Of a DNA stretch of 64,000 bases, positions 12,589-29,425 are shown piece by piece. The stretch lies in NCBI RefSeq assembly GCF_009914755.1, contig NC_060947.1. One strand, written 5' to 3'. Every line of letters begins with the position of its first letter. Positions within the stretch are counted from its first letter, which is position 1. Source of the stretch: the human T2T-CHM13v2.0 reference genome, Homo sapiens. The position numbers were made by a program, and so were the translations under genes. Below the pieces are notes generated by a model. The model saw only the letters and a list, made by a program, of their open reading frames with translations, was not told where the DNA came from and did not search any database.

Positions 12589-12998
12589 TTTGTACTTGTT
12601 TACTTTGGTTCCTCTGGTTATACTCTCTGAGTCTGATATTTCATATCTTTCCCTTATTTGGGGGTGGGAAGAGAGGGTAGACCAAGAAGCCACAGAAGTA
12701 CTGTAAAACATAAGGCTACCAGATGAGTCCAACACCTGTGGGACACAAAAAGACCTCCCCATTGGGCTCATCTGCCACTGTTACCCGGATTAATCACCTC
12801 TCAACATCCTCCCAGCCCTCCCCAAATTAGCTAGTTAGCGCCTTATGAGATGAGCTGTATGTAGCAATCGTTTCTAAATTTCATCCTCCTCAATCTGAGG
12901 GTTTTTCACCAGCCTGAAGCATTGTAAGAAAAGTCAGGACAATGCATTGAGTTTTCATAAAATTATATTAAGTTTAAAGGTCTACCTTTTATTCTGAG

Positions 12999-13034
12999 AT
13001 TACGGATACACACACACACAGACACACACACACA

Positions 13035-13074
<40 letters not shown>

Positions 13075-13410
13075 TGTGTGTGTATATATCCGTAATATAT
13101 ATATAGTATGTGTATGTATATATATATATATCCATCTATATATATATATCCTGTGTGTGTATATATATCCTGTCAATAAGTAAAACCCTGTCAGTCCCTC
13201 TTTTTCTTTTTCTTTTCTTTTCTTTTTATATTAAGGATATATATATATATCCGTAATATATATATAGCATGTGTACGTCTGTATATATATATATCCATCT
13301 ATATATATATATCCATCTATATATATATATATATATATCTCCTGTGTGTATATATATATCCTGTCAATAAGTAAAACCCTGTCAGTCCGTCTTTTCTTTT
13401 CTTTTTTTTT
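12999..13410. repeat. (CA)n/(TA)n/(TG)n quasi-palindrome plus ~170-bp direct duplication
   Basis: attacggata...(TA)n...tatccgtaat; the block tcctgtcaataagtaaaaccctgtcagtcc occurs twice. Confidence 0.9.
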
Positions 13411-13535
13411 TTTTTGAGACGGAGTCTCACTCTGTCACCCAGGCTACAGTGCAGTTGTGCAATCTCAGCTTACTGCAACCTCTGCCTCCTGGATTCAAGC
13501 AATTCTCCTGCCTCAGCCTCTCACCAAACTATAGC

Positions 13536-13764
13536 AACACTGTCCAGTATAAAATAATGCAAGCCACATATGTAATTTTAAATTTTATAGCAGCCATATT
13601 ACAAAAATAAAAATAGATGGAATTAATTTTAATAACCCAATATATCCACAATATTACCCTTTCAACATGTAATAGTATAAAACAATTATTAATGAGATTT
13701 TAAAATATATTTTTAACCAAGTCTTTGGAAATGTCAAGCAAGCTGACACATTCAGCTGGGGGAA

Positions 13765-13795
<31 letters not shown>

Positions 13796-14395
13796 ATCCA
13801 GACAGATCCAGACAGTTTATTCCTTATAGAGACAGAAAAAGCAAGATCAGCAATGGTATCAGCTCCCTGCATCCCTCGTCCCACAGAACAATATAACAGG
13901 GCAACAAAAGGGGCTAGATGACAGGCAACATGAATGGTAGGACCCCCTGGTACTGTGTAGCCAATGACACACTGCAGCTAAGCAGTTTTATGGCCTGCAA
14001 CTGTACCCTCTGGAGTGGGAAGCAGGCAGAAAGCCCTATACTTAACTGGAACGAGGGAGGCAGGTGACAAGCTGTCTCATGGCAACCTCCCTCAAGATAG
14101 GGAGATGACTGAGAAACGCTCTTGTAGCAAATTCTCACAAGACTGCCTGTCTTCCTGTGTTCCGGGAGGATCACAGGATGTTATGCCAGGACCTGAGTCA
14201 GCCTGCAGTTGAGCCTGGCCTGTGTGGCCTATGTGGATAGTGTAAGGTCATCAGGATGCGGGCACAGAGCAGTTCCTTTATAGAAATCCAGTGTTTATTT
14301 TACACTTACTGCACATCTCAACTCAGGCTAGTCATGTGGTGCTCAAAAACCACATGTGCCTAGTGGATACCATATTGGACAGCACAAGTCTGTAG
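13536..14395. mobile_element. MER33/MER3-like hAT element interrupted by a ~550-bp LTR-like insert (~13732-14282)
   Basis: ctgtccagtata...gcaagccacatatgtaatttt and ccacatgtgcctagtggataccatattggacagc halves; gaaat repeated at the insert junctions. Confidence 0.55.
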
Positions 14396-15257
14396 CATAC
14401 AGAAGTCAAAATCACTGAGCTATAGCAAAGGAAAACTTTCTGAGGTGTCAGAGTGAATGTGTGCATGTGTATGTTGGGGTGGGGTGGAAAGTCAGAACGG
14501 CAATAGCTTTGGGTGACTGGAGGGCAGTGGTGAAGTAGCCCCCCTGGGTTACATTGAGAAGTGGTAGCAGAGGAGATGGAGGGGCATCGCAAACACACTA
14601 GCTTGCCCTTGCCCCTTCCTGTTGTGTTGTCTTCCCTACCACCCCGCCTCTCAGCAGAGCTCTGACTGTTCTCAGGCTGCAGTATCAGACAGAGGCTGTA
14701 TGAGGGCTCTTCTACCTCTTCCACTCCTGGATGCCCGCTGTGGCACATGTGCCACACTCACTGGCCTGTCTCTCCAGCATGACCCCAGGGTACTTTCTAT
14801 CAGTCCCCTGCCTGCCTTTATCTGGAAAGGCCTATCTTCTTTTCAAACTCTGCTTCTTTCCCCACCTTCTACCTCTGACACTCAACTTCTTTCCCTCATT
14901 CTTTCTCCTTATTCTCATCTTTTAAGTTACGGGTTTCTGAAAAAAACAATCTTTTTAAAATATCATCTTGGTTTTCAAGCAATCCTCGAACTTCTCTCCT
15001 AATCTGGGCTCCATTTTGTTTGCCTTTAACATGCCTATCTCCCTTAGTCCTACTTTTTCCCTTGCATTTCCCCCAGCATTCCTGCCGTCTCCATCCCAAC
15101 TTCACAGGCCCTGCTCATACATGACCTCTCCTTTGCCCATGGCTTAACTTTGACTTGGAGTAGGAGCACTAAAAGTGGCACGGAGAACTTAGGATTATAT
15201 TTCTTAAAGCAGCACTGACTTTGTCAATTGGGATCAGACCCGGGGCTAGCTGGGCTA

Positions 15258-15818
<561 letters not shown>

Positions 15819-15929
15819 TTAACAATACAGCATTGGGATTTTATTTGCTTAGTTTATTAGGAGTTACCCTAAGAACTCTGGAAGGATGCCCCAAGGCTGA
15901 TAGCATCTTCTGCCATTTTCTAATCAGAG

Positions 15930-16282
15930 TGCTATGGTCCGAATGTGTCCCCCAAAATTCATATGTTAAGATATAATCAGTAATGTGTTAGTATTAAGAG
16001 GTAGGGCTTTTGGGAGGTGATTAGGTAATGAGGGCTCCACCCTTATGAATGGAATTAGCGCCCTTTTAAAAGAGGCCCGAGGGAGTTTGTTTGCCCTGCC
16101 GTCATGTGAGGATGCACCCCGAAGACGCTAGGAAGCAGACAAATCCCTCACCAGATGCCAAAGCTGCTGGCACCTTGATCTTAGACTTCCAAGCCTCCAG
16201 AGCTATAAGCAATAAATTTCTGTTGTTTATATTTACCCAGTCTATGGTATTTTTGTTACAGCAGCCCAAATGAACTAAGATA
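15930..16282 (+). mobile_element. MLT1A-type MaLR solo LTR
   Basis: tgctatggtccgaatgtgtccccc...ttccaagcctccagagctataagcaataaatttctg...aactaagata. Confidence 0.85.
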
Positions 16283-16359
16283 TAGAGCTTATTGCTTTTC
16301 TTCTTGTTTCTGTTTGGATATGAGTACACTCATCATGGGGGATGGTTTAATAAATTGAC

Positions 16360-17304
16360 AACAATCCATTTAAAATGAACAATTTATTTATTGCTTAAAG
16401 AACATAGACCATAAAACACTAATAATATACCTAGAAAAAAACCCAAACAAGATTGTTAAAGAAGTCTTCATAGGCATTATGGCATCTTGTTCTTCCTAAC
16501 CTTAACTGATGAGGGTTAGGAGGAGAAGGCTCAGAATAAGGATAACAGTTCATAATTTCTTCATCTCTGCTCTAACTGTTCCCTTAGTTGGTGAATAACA
16601 ACCAGCTCCATCCTAAAAACAACAGAACATAAGCAGCAGCAAGGAATCATCCTTGAGCAGGAATGCAGTCCTGTTACCTGAACAGAGACAGAACACAATC
16701 TAGTATTAACTGCTGCAAGGTAGGCACTTAAACTCACTATGGCAGGTCCTAGTGCTTAGTAGAAATGACCTCGTTTTTTCCCCTATGTTTTAGGAAATAC
16801 TAAAAACCAAAAGAAAAGCTAAAACATATGCAAACCAAACAGCTGTACGGCCTCTAGGCTAGACTGCCTTTAGAAGCATGGCTGAATAATCTGCTGGTAC
16901 CATAGCACAGAAGCAATATAATCAATTCTTGTTTGGTGTGGTGGTGCACAACTGTAGTCCCAGCTACTCAGGAGGCTGAGGCGGAAGGATCCCTTAAGCC
17001 CAGGAGTCTGAATTCAGCCTGGGCAACATAACAAGACCCCATTTCTAAATTAATAATAATAATTCCCAAATTGACAAAGAGAAAGTCTCATGGTCGAGTG
17101 GGGTCTTTAAGTCTACTACATTTTTATACTGGCCTTTTCTACATGACTACAAACTGTGAGCATATTTTAAGTAGCAAAGAAGGTACAGATAAATATAACT
17201 GATTCAACATAAGGCAACTGAAGGGACAAAAACGTGCACAGTTTCATCCAATCTGCAGTCTGGATGGTGAATCCAAGGTTTGTGGGCCACGCCAATGGCT
17301 CTCC
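16360..17304 (-). other. TAF7L: TAF7L 3'UTR (contains an antisense FLAM Alu monomer at ~16933-17060)
   Basis: Lies between the TGA at 17305-17307 and the poly(A) signal. Confidence 0.75.
16383..16392 (-). terminator. TAF7L: TAF7L polyadenylation signal (overlapping AATAAA x2)
   Basis: Plus-strand tttatttatt = AATAAATAAA on minus, ~0.9 kb past the stop codon. Confidence 0.75.
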
Positions 17305-17349
17305 TCACTTCTTCAGAAAACGCTGCAACTGTTCCTGTAGGGAAATGAG
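17305..17349 (-). CDS. TAF7L: TAF7L exon 13 (terminal)
   Basis: ctacag|CTC...; LISLQEQLQRFLKK*. Confidence 0.94.
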   Translation of the reverse strand, partial: LISLQEQLQRFLKK

Positions 17350-17578
17350 CTGTAGGGAGAGGTAGAAAGACATGAAAAATTCATTTGAAATTTGAGGTCC
17401 CATTACTTGATCTAGAATTTACTTAAATGAACCAAAAAGAACTACTGTTATTTGGCATTTATAAGGTTATCTTAGTCTTGCAATGTTCCAGAGAATACTG
17501 GCCACAGTCAAGAATGCATGCATACTGCTGTGGCCATGATGATGTCCTTTATTATGCCCAGTTTATGAAGAGAAGCTT

Positions 17579-17925
17579 TGTATTAGTCAGTTTTCACACT
17601 GCTGATAAAGATATACCTGAGTTTGGGAAGAAAAAGAGGTTTAATGGACTTACAGTTCCACATAGCTGGAGGCCTCACAATCATGGTGGAAGGCAAGGAG
17701 GAGCAAGTCATATCTTACATGGATGGCAGCAGGCAAAGAGAGGAGAACTTATGCAGGGAAACTCCCCTTTTTAAAACCATCAGATCTCGTGAGACTTATT
17801 CACTATCACGAGAACAGCATGGGAAAGACCTGCCCCCATGATTCAATTACCTCCCACCAGGTGCCTCCCACAACACGTGGGAATTAAAGATGAGATTTGG
17901 GTGGGGACACAGACAAACCATATCA
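17579..17925 (-). mobile_element. THE1 MaLR solo LTR
   Basis: tgtattagtc...aaaccatatca (reverse complement starts TGATATGGTTTG); perfect 5-bp TSD agctt. Confidence 0.92.
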
Positions 17926-19363
17926 AGCTTTAAAATTGAATAGGCTTTAAAAAAAAACAATATTTTTGCTGTTAAGAATTTGTGCTTCTGTGAAGAATAT
18001 ACAGAGGTCACAGCTCACTGTAGGGGCAAAGGAGATGGGATCTCTGTAGCCATATTCTAAGAGTCAGATGATAAAACAGTTGGGACACTCTCTTGTCCCA
18101 ATGAACACAATGGGTCTTAGACTGAGTCTTACCAGCTGCTTCTTACCACATTAGGAGATACTTAGAAACTGAGCCAGAGCCCTGACCAATCAGGAGCCTG
18201 ATGATGTTCTACTTAATGCTTTCTAAGTTAGAAGCCCTGAACATTTTGTGGTATAGGATTTAATTTTTTTTAACTTGAAATGGTAAAGTGACCAATAACA
18301 TTCAGAGATGTATGCCATCTTTACAACAAAGGTTGTTTTTGAATATTATTCATTTCAGGACACTCCATACCAGAATGAATTTTTAGTCTGTGAAATGAAA
18401 GGAACATTATAAAACAATCCTATGCTGCACATCACCTACCAAGCCACAATAATTGCTGTCCGCAGTAACTTAGAGGCTCTTCTCACTCAGTTGCTGAGTG
18501 ACCCCTGATTGACCATGATTACAACCACTGACTGATCCAGTTCTTTCTCCTTTGCAGGCTCTTTCTCTTCCCACCACCCCCTAAAGATAGGTTTTTCCTT
18601 AGGTTCAGACTTCTTGCTGAACAATCAACCAGGCTAACTCAACTAGCCCCACAGCTTCAATGATCATTTCTGTGTATGGGCCTCTCTCCAATTTCCCATT
18701 TTCAAAAGCACTTCTCCACATACCCCTCCAAATCCACTTTTTGTTATCCTATTTTCAGTTAATGGCACATCATTTCCCAGTTTCCCAGGCTTTGGACTCA
18801 TCTTTGTTCCCCTTTTTGCCCCGTAAATCCAATCAATTGTTAAGCTCTGTTTGCTTCTACCACTTGCACCTTTGAAGCTCCAGGCTGTCCCCACTCCAAT
18901 TTCTCCTATATACTTCTGGCAGAAAAATCTTCCTGAGTTATTCCCCAGGTAAAAAGGCTTTGAAGGTTCATTATGACCTACACCAAAAATCTAAACTGTT
19001 CACCCTGGCATCACCACCTCTGAGCCAGTGTGCATGCTGCTTTCTCATGGAATGCACTCCTTTCCCTATCTCCTTATTAAAACCCTACCTACATTTTAAG
19101 GCCCCAGTCAAACACCATCTTCTCCATGAAGTCTTCTTTAATATCCATGGACAATCTGTCATTCCTTTAAGTCCCTACCCCTCTTGCCAATTTCTCCCCA
19201 AATGAAGACAGAGACTACATCATAAGCATATCATAGCTCCCTGTAGAGCCTAGCTTAAAGTAGACACCTACTAAATCTAATTTGGATAAATGAACTAACA
19301 TAAGGGACTCTGAGTAAATAAAGTTTACAGCTACATTTCTATGCTGCTCCTCAATACTAAATA

Positions 19364-19955
19364 TAGTCATGTGTTACTTAACAATGGGGATATGTTCTAA
19401 GAAATGCATCCTTAGGCAATTTTGTCATGACGCGAACATGATAGAACATACTTACACCAACCTAGATAGTATAGCTTACTACACACCTAGGCTACATAGT
19501 ATAGTCTATCGTTCCTAGGTTACAAACCTGTACAGCATATTACTGTACTGAATACTGTAGGCAATTGTAGCACAATGTTAAGTATTTGTGTATCTAAACA
19601 TAGAAAAGGTAAACTAAAAATACAATATAAAAAATTAAAAATGGTACACTTGTATAGGGCACTTACTATGAATAGAGCTTGCAGGACTAGAAGTTGCTCT
19701 GGGTGAGTCAGTGAGTGAGTGGTGAGTGAATGTGAAGGCCTAGGACATTACTATGCACTACTGAAGACTATATAAACACTATATACTTAGGCTATAGTAA
19801 AATAATTTAAAAATTAAGTAATTCTGCTGCTATGTTATGATGGCCACAGTGTCACCAGGTGACAGGAATTTCTTAGCTCCATTATAATCTTATGGGACTA
19901 CCATCATATATGCAGTCTGTCATTGGCCAAAATGTTGTTATGCAGCATACAACTG
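19364..19955. mobile_element. Tigger3 (Golem) DNA transposon
   Basis: agtcatgtgttacttaacaatggggata...gttatgcagcatacaactg terminal inverted repeats, TA flanks. Confidence 0.85.
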
Positions 19956-20439
19956 TACTTACATTGATGAAAACAAAGATGTTTGGTGGGTACTAAAACA
20001 ATCCTGGCATTAACTGTTCATCTGATTGTTTTAAAGCAGTATTAAGCAGTACTTGGATAAGTGATTTGCTGAGAGGAAGGGAATATATAGAACATAAAAA
20101 TTCCGCTAGCCTTGTGGGGATGGGGGTGGGGAGTAGTGCCTGTACTTCAAGAGCACCATGCTAAGCCCATCCTCATAATACCAACTCCAGTCTCCTTAAA
20201 ATTGTAACCCTCAACAGTATAAGGTTAGAGTCAGCACACATTTTCTATACAGCTGCTTGACCCTCATTTAGCCTATATTGCCTTCTTCTCTCTTCGCCCT
20301 GTACACTCTCTTGTGGCTTTGAAAAATACAGTTGTCGTTCAAGTTAGAAATACATACATCCTTAATGATTCCTTCTCCTTCAACACCCAGTAATTGACCC
20401 AACTCCTGTCAATTCTACCTTTAAAGTATATTCTCTAAT

Positions 20440-21235
<796 letters not shown>

Positions 21236-21419
21236 TTTTATTGCAGTTTAAAAATCTATATTCTTTCAATCTCCATTGCTACTAACTTAGTCCAAGTTAC
21301 CATCCTCTGTTATTAGAGTACCACAAAGCCCCCCAACCAGCCTCTTTGCTTCTACTCTCACCTTCTTCCAACCCATTCTCCAGATAATAATCAGAGTAAC
21401 CTTTTAAAAGTTTAAATTA

Positions 21420-21713
<294 letters not shown>

Positions 21714-22170
21714 TTAAATTAGATGTGATTTTCCTATCTACAATTCTTCAAGGACTTCACATTACACTTAAGGCCAAACCCATCCTCCTTATCATGGCCT
21801 TCAAGGAACCATACACTATGGTCTCTGCCTACTTCTCCAACCTTATCTTAAGCCATTCTCTTCCTGGCTTTAAATACTCCAAAGGTCCTCAAAGAAGCCA
21901 AGTTCTTTCTGAGCATGAGACCTTGCATACGCTCCACCTAAGAGGCTCCTCATCCCACTCTTTGCCTGGACTTAATCCTTCCGGTCTCAGCTTCAATAGC
22001 ACCTCCTAGGAGAGGTCTATCATGATCCCCCAATTAATTCAAGACTCTTTATTCTAATAGCACCACTGACTTTTTTCCTTCATAGCACTTCTTCACAATT
22101 TGTAACTTTATATTTGTATAATTTGTTTATTGTCAATCTCCCCTGCTAGACAGCTCCACGAGGATAAGTA

Positions 22171-23098
<928 letters not shown>

Positions 23099-23333
23099 TA
23101 TTGCATTTGTCTTATTCAACACCGTACATCCAGTGCTTTTCACTTCATAGGCATTCAATATCTGTTGAATGAGTGAATTTTCACAAAGACCTTGTTCCAC
23201 CCTGCTACCTTCATTTAGAAGATTTGGCTACCACTATTCCTATGAGAGGAACAGCCAGCAATGATATTGGAATTGAAGTGGGGGATTCTCTGTATCAAAT
23301 GTTTTCTGGTTAATTTGAAAACATACTTCTTAC

Positions 23334-23393
23334 CTTCTCATTTTTTTGTTTTTCCTGTAACTCAAGCTGCTCCAGCACAGACTGAAAATGATT
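23334..23393 (-). CDS. TAF7L: TAF7L exon 12
   Basis: ttcag|AAT...AAG|gtaag; NHFQSVLEQLELQEKQKNEK; 60 nt. Confidence 0.95.
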
Positions 23394-24110
23394 CTGAAAA
23401 ATAAATTGTATAAATGATGAACACTGAGTCTCAAAGAAAAAAAAAAAACCAAGGGAGGCAAGGAGTTTGGCAAATAATTGTTTTTGTTTTTGTTTTTGAG
23501 GCGGAATCTTCCTCTGTCACCCAGGCTGGAGTGCAGTGGCGCAATCTTGGCTCATGCAACCTCCGCCTCCCAGGCTCAAGTGATTCTCATGTCTCAGCCT
23601 CCTGGGTAGCTGGGATTACAGGAGCATGCCACCAGGCCTGGTTAATTTTTGTATTTTTAGTAGAGATGAGGTTTCATCTCTACTAAAAGATCCCTTACTC
23701 AGGGATCATTTACTGTGATCCCTGGCAAGTTACTTAACCTCTTTGAGTTTCCATTCTTTATCTATAAAATGGGAGTGGTGACAGTATTTACGTTTCAAGG
23801 ATGTGAGGATAAAATGTGATAATATGTGTACACAATTCTTAGCCCTTTATGTGCCTTTTACATAGCAAATGCTCAATATTGGCAATTTTTATCTCATATC
23901 ACCTAGTCCCTTCCCCAAAATGCTTATATTAGATGATCAAAATTACTCAGGTAAAAGGAAACAGGGTTATCTTTTATTAGGAGTTTCTAAGAGGCTGTTT
24001 AGGTTCATGAATGAACAAGAACCCTGCACAGAGATAACATAAGTGGAAACACAAAGGCAAGATACTGAAAGTAAGATATCAGGATTTCTTTATGCCAGCC
24101 AAGAATTTAC

Positions 24111-24223
24111 CTTGAGTGTCAGGTTTTCCACTTTCATGATGAGATCCTTCTGTCTTTGTGCTTTATTCTGAATCTTATGGAGCTTTTTCTCCTTTTTCTC
24201 AATCTGCTTCTGAATTTCCATGA
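24111..24223 (-). CDS. TAF7L: TAF7L exon 11 (coiled coil)
   Basis: attag|TC...AAG|gtaaat; (V)MEIQKQIEKKEKKLHKIQNKAQRQKDLIMKVENLTLK, TAF7-family DLIMKVENL motif. Confidence 0.95.
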
Positions 24224-24417
24224 CTAATAGAGAAACATAGAACTTTATATATTAAATATAGCCTAAATGAATGGACCAAGATCCAAATCAAGTAAAACTC
24301 TACTACACATCGAAGCGATAACTTCTCGAGCTTAGCTTTGAGTCTAATGTATGCTTAGAGTCAACTGTTAGCACTGCCACCCACCCTGGTCCCATCCCTT
24401 TGTTTTTTCTGACTTAC

Positions 24418-24633
24418 CTATTGAACTGGTACCTTCATTTGCCCTATACTGGCCAGATTCAATAAACTCGGCCTGCAGCTGCCTTTCCAGATACTCTTCA
24501 GAACAATCTTCCTCCTCCTCTTCTTTGTCTTCATCTTCATCCTCATCCTCATCCTCATCTTCATCATCCTCATCCTCATCATCATCATTGTTACTTCTAG
24601 AATCACTGAACATCTCCCGAAGCATATCATATT
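24418..24633 (-). CDS. TAF7L: TAF7L exon 10 (Asp/Glu-rich tract)
   Basis: tagtag|AA...ATAG|gtaagt; (E)YDMLREMFSDSRSNNDDDEDEDDEDEDEDEDEDEDKEEEEEDC...GTSSI; 216 nt. Confidence 0.94.
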   Translation of the reverse strand, partial: NMICFGRCSVILEVTMMMMRMRMMKMRMRMRMKMKTKKRRRKIVLKSIWKGSCRPSLLNLASIGQMKVPVQ

Positions 24634-24952
24634 CTACTAGTTTTAAGCAAGAAGAAGGTGAACTATCTAAAACTCTGCAAATGACTCATACTCCAGATAT
24701 AATTATACTCCTTTCACATTCCCCAGGCAACCAGTGAATTTTATAAATCATTTTTTCATGCAGGAAGATTATTCCCTTTATAAAACAAGGACAGCAAATG
24801 CAAAACACTGTAACATTCATTCATGTAGTGAATGATCAAGATATTTAGAGACTCTAAGGGTCATAGGAAGTTAAAATACCAGGGGTGGATGGGAGATTAG
24901 AACACTAATCTAAAACCCCTAAACTGCCAAGAGACCAATAAGAGGGAAGAAG

Positions 24953-25919
<967 letters not shown>

Positions 25920-26160
25920 TTAATTTAGTCCAACTTTAGGCCATTTGTATTGGAATTCCTAGTTTGGAGAAGTGCCTCATATTGAATTACACAATAAATA
26001 ATTTTCTATTACATGAATTTACTGTTCCTAGCTAGAACATTTCAAAGGATCTTAAGTTCCACACATCAAGACTGGCACACAAACACCAGAGGTGAGGCTT
26101 CGTCAGCACGTACAAATGGGGCAGAACAGACTATGCAGAAAATATTTGTATAAAGGATAC

Positions 26161-26233
26161 GGGTACTTACGGCTTCAGCATCCGAACGCAGCAGTCTCTT
26201 TACTTCATTTTCCACGTCTGGAGATTCAATGTA
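26161..26233 (-). CDS. TAF7L: TAF7L exon 8
   Basis: ttcag|TAC...ACCC|gtatcc; YIESPDVENEVKRLLRSDAEAVST; 73 nt. Confidence 0.94.
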
Positions 26234-27105
26234 CTGAAGCAAAGTTGGGGATTAGAGGGGGATACCAATACTGTCATTTAACACCCTGTGTGTTGCAGGA
26301 GTGCCCTCCTACGTACCAACGAATTCAAATGTTATGCCTCTTTAAATTCTGATCCAACCAAATTTCTACTTTAAGTAGTGCTATTTATAAAGGAATTTTT
26401 AGCCAGGGTCTAGAATTTTGTACAGTAAACTTACTTTTTTCCTAATTAAACAAATTACTTGAGACATTTAATCTTTTCAATCTGCAGCTCTATGGTAAAG
26501 CCCTCTCTCAGAGGTGCAACCCTTAGGTCTCAGTTATAAATTATTTCTCCTGATTTATATTGGCAAAGAACTATAATTCCTTATTAGTTATTTAGAAATA
26601 ATTTGGTTTAAAGATCCAAATTCCCAGATTTCACTTCCCCACATCTTTATTATTAGAGACGTTCCTATAAAAACTGGATCTTAGCTGCATGTTCTCCCTT
26701 GAATCCAGTTTTACATAATTATCTCCACAGCAACCAATTTGTTGTGCCACAAATAGAAATTAGGATTTTGATGGGGAATAAGCAATTGCAAACAACTGCT
26801 GTTAAAAGTGAGCTCTGGCTCCCAAGGAATGGCTTTTGAAATAAATATCAGAATAAAAAGAGCAGATTAGAATACACGGGGTCACTGGCCAAATTGTATC
26901 TTTTCCTCTAGCAGTTATCAAACATCAAACAATGAATTCATTTTTTAGTGAATCAAACCCAGTGTATGTGTTTAGGATGAGGGTTAGAGGTGAGAAGGAA
27001 GGCTCAAAAGTAGCTTCTGTGGTTTATTTGATTCATTTGAAACTAATGAGCTATTAAATAAAACACATTAAGGGTAAAAATGAAGTTATATTATGATTGC
27101 TCTAC

Positions 27106-27147
27106 CTCAGTAAAGCTGCTTTTTTCCATTTCTTTGACATCAGGGAC
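27106..27147 (-). CDS. TAF7L: TAF7L exon 7 (42 nt, phase 0-0)
   Basis: catag|GTC...GAG|gtaga; VPDVKEMEKSSFTE. Confidence 0.9.
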
Positions 27148-27294
27148 CTATGAAATAAAACACAATAAACAAGTTATATTATGATACCTATATTTCAGTA
27201 AAGCTTAAAGAGCTCTACAACTATCCTTAACTTAGTTTTACATTTAGTAGGCACTCAATAAATGTTGATTTACAGAGTATAAAAGCCAAGGCAA

Positions 27295-29425
<2,131 letters not shown>

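Larger units (their letters stand above)
8726..12610 (+). other. DRP2: DRP2 3'UTR (~3.9 kb, Alu-free)
   Basis: Follows the stop codon; ends at AATAAA 12583-12588 with a GT/T-rich downstream element. Confidence 0.75.

Noticed and set aside
24525-24737. Poly-Ser ORF on the + strand
   Set aside because: Antisense reading of the TAF7L Asp/Glu repeat.
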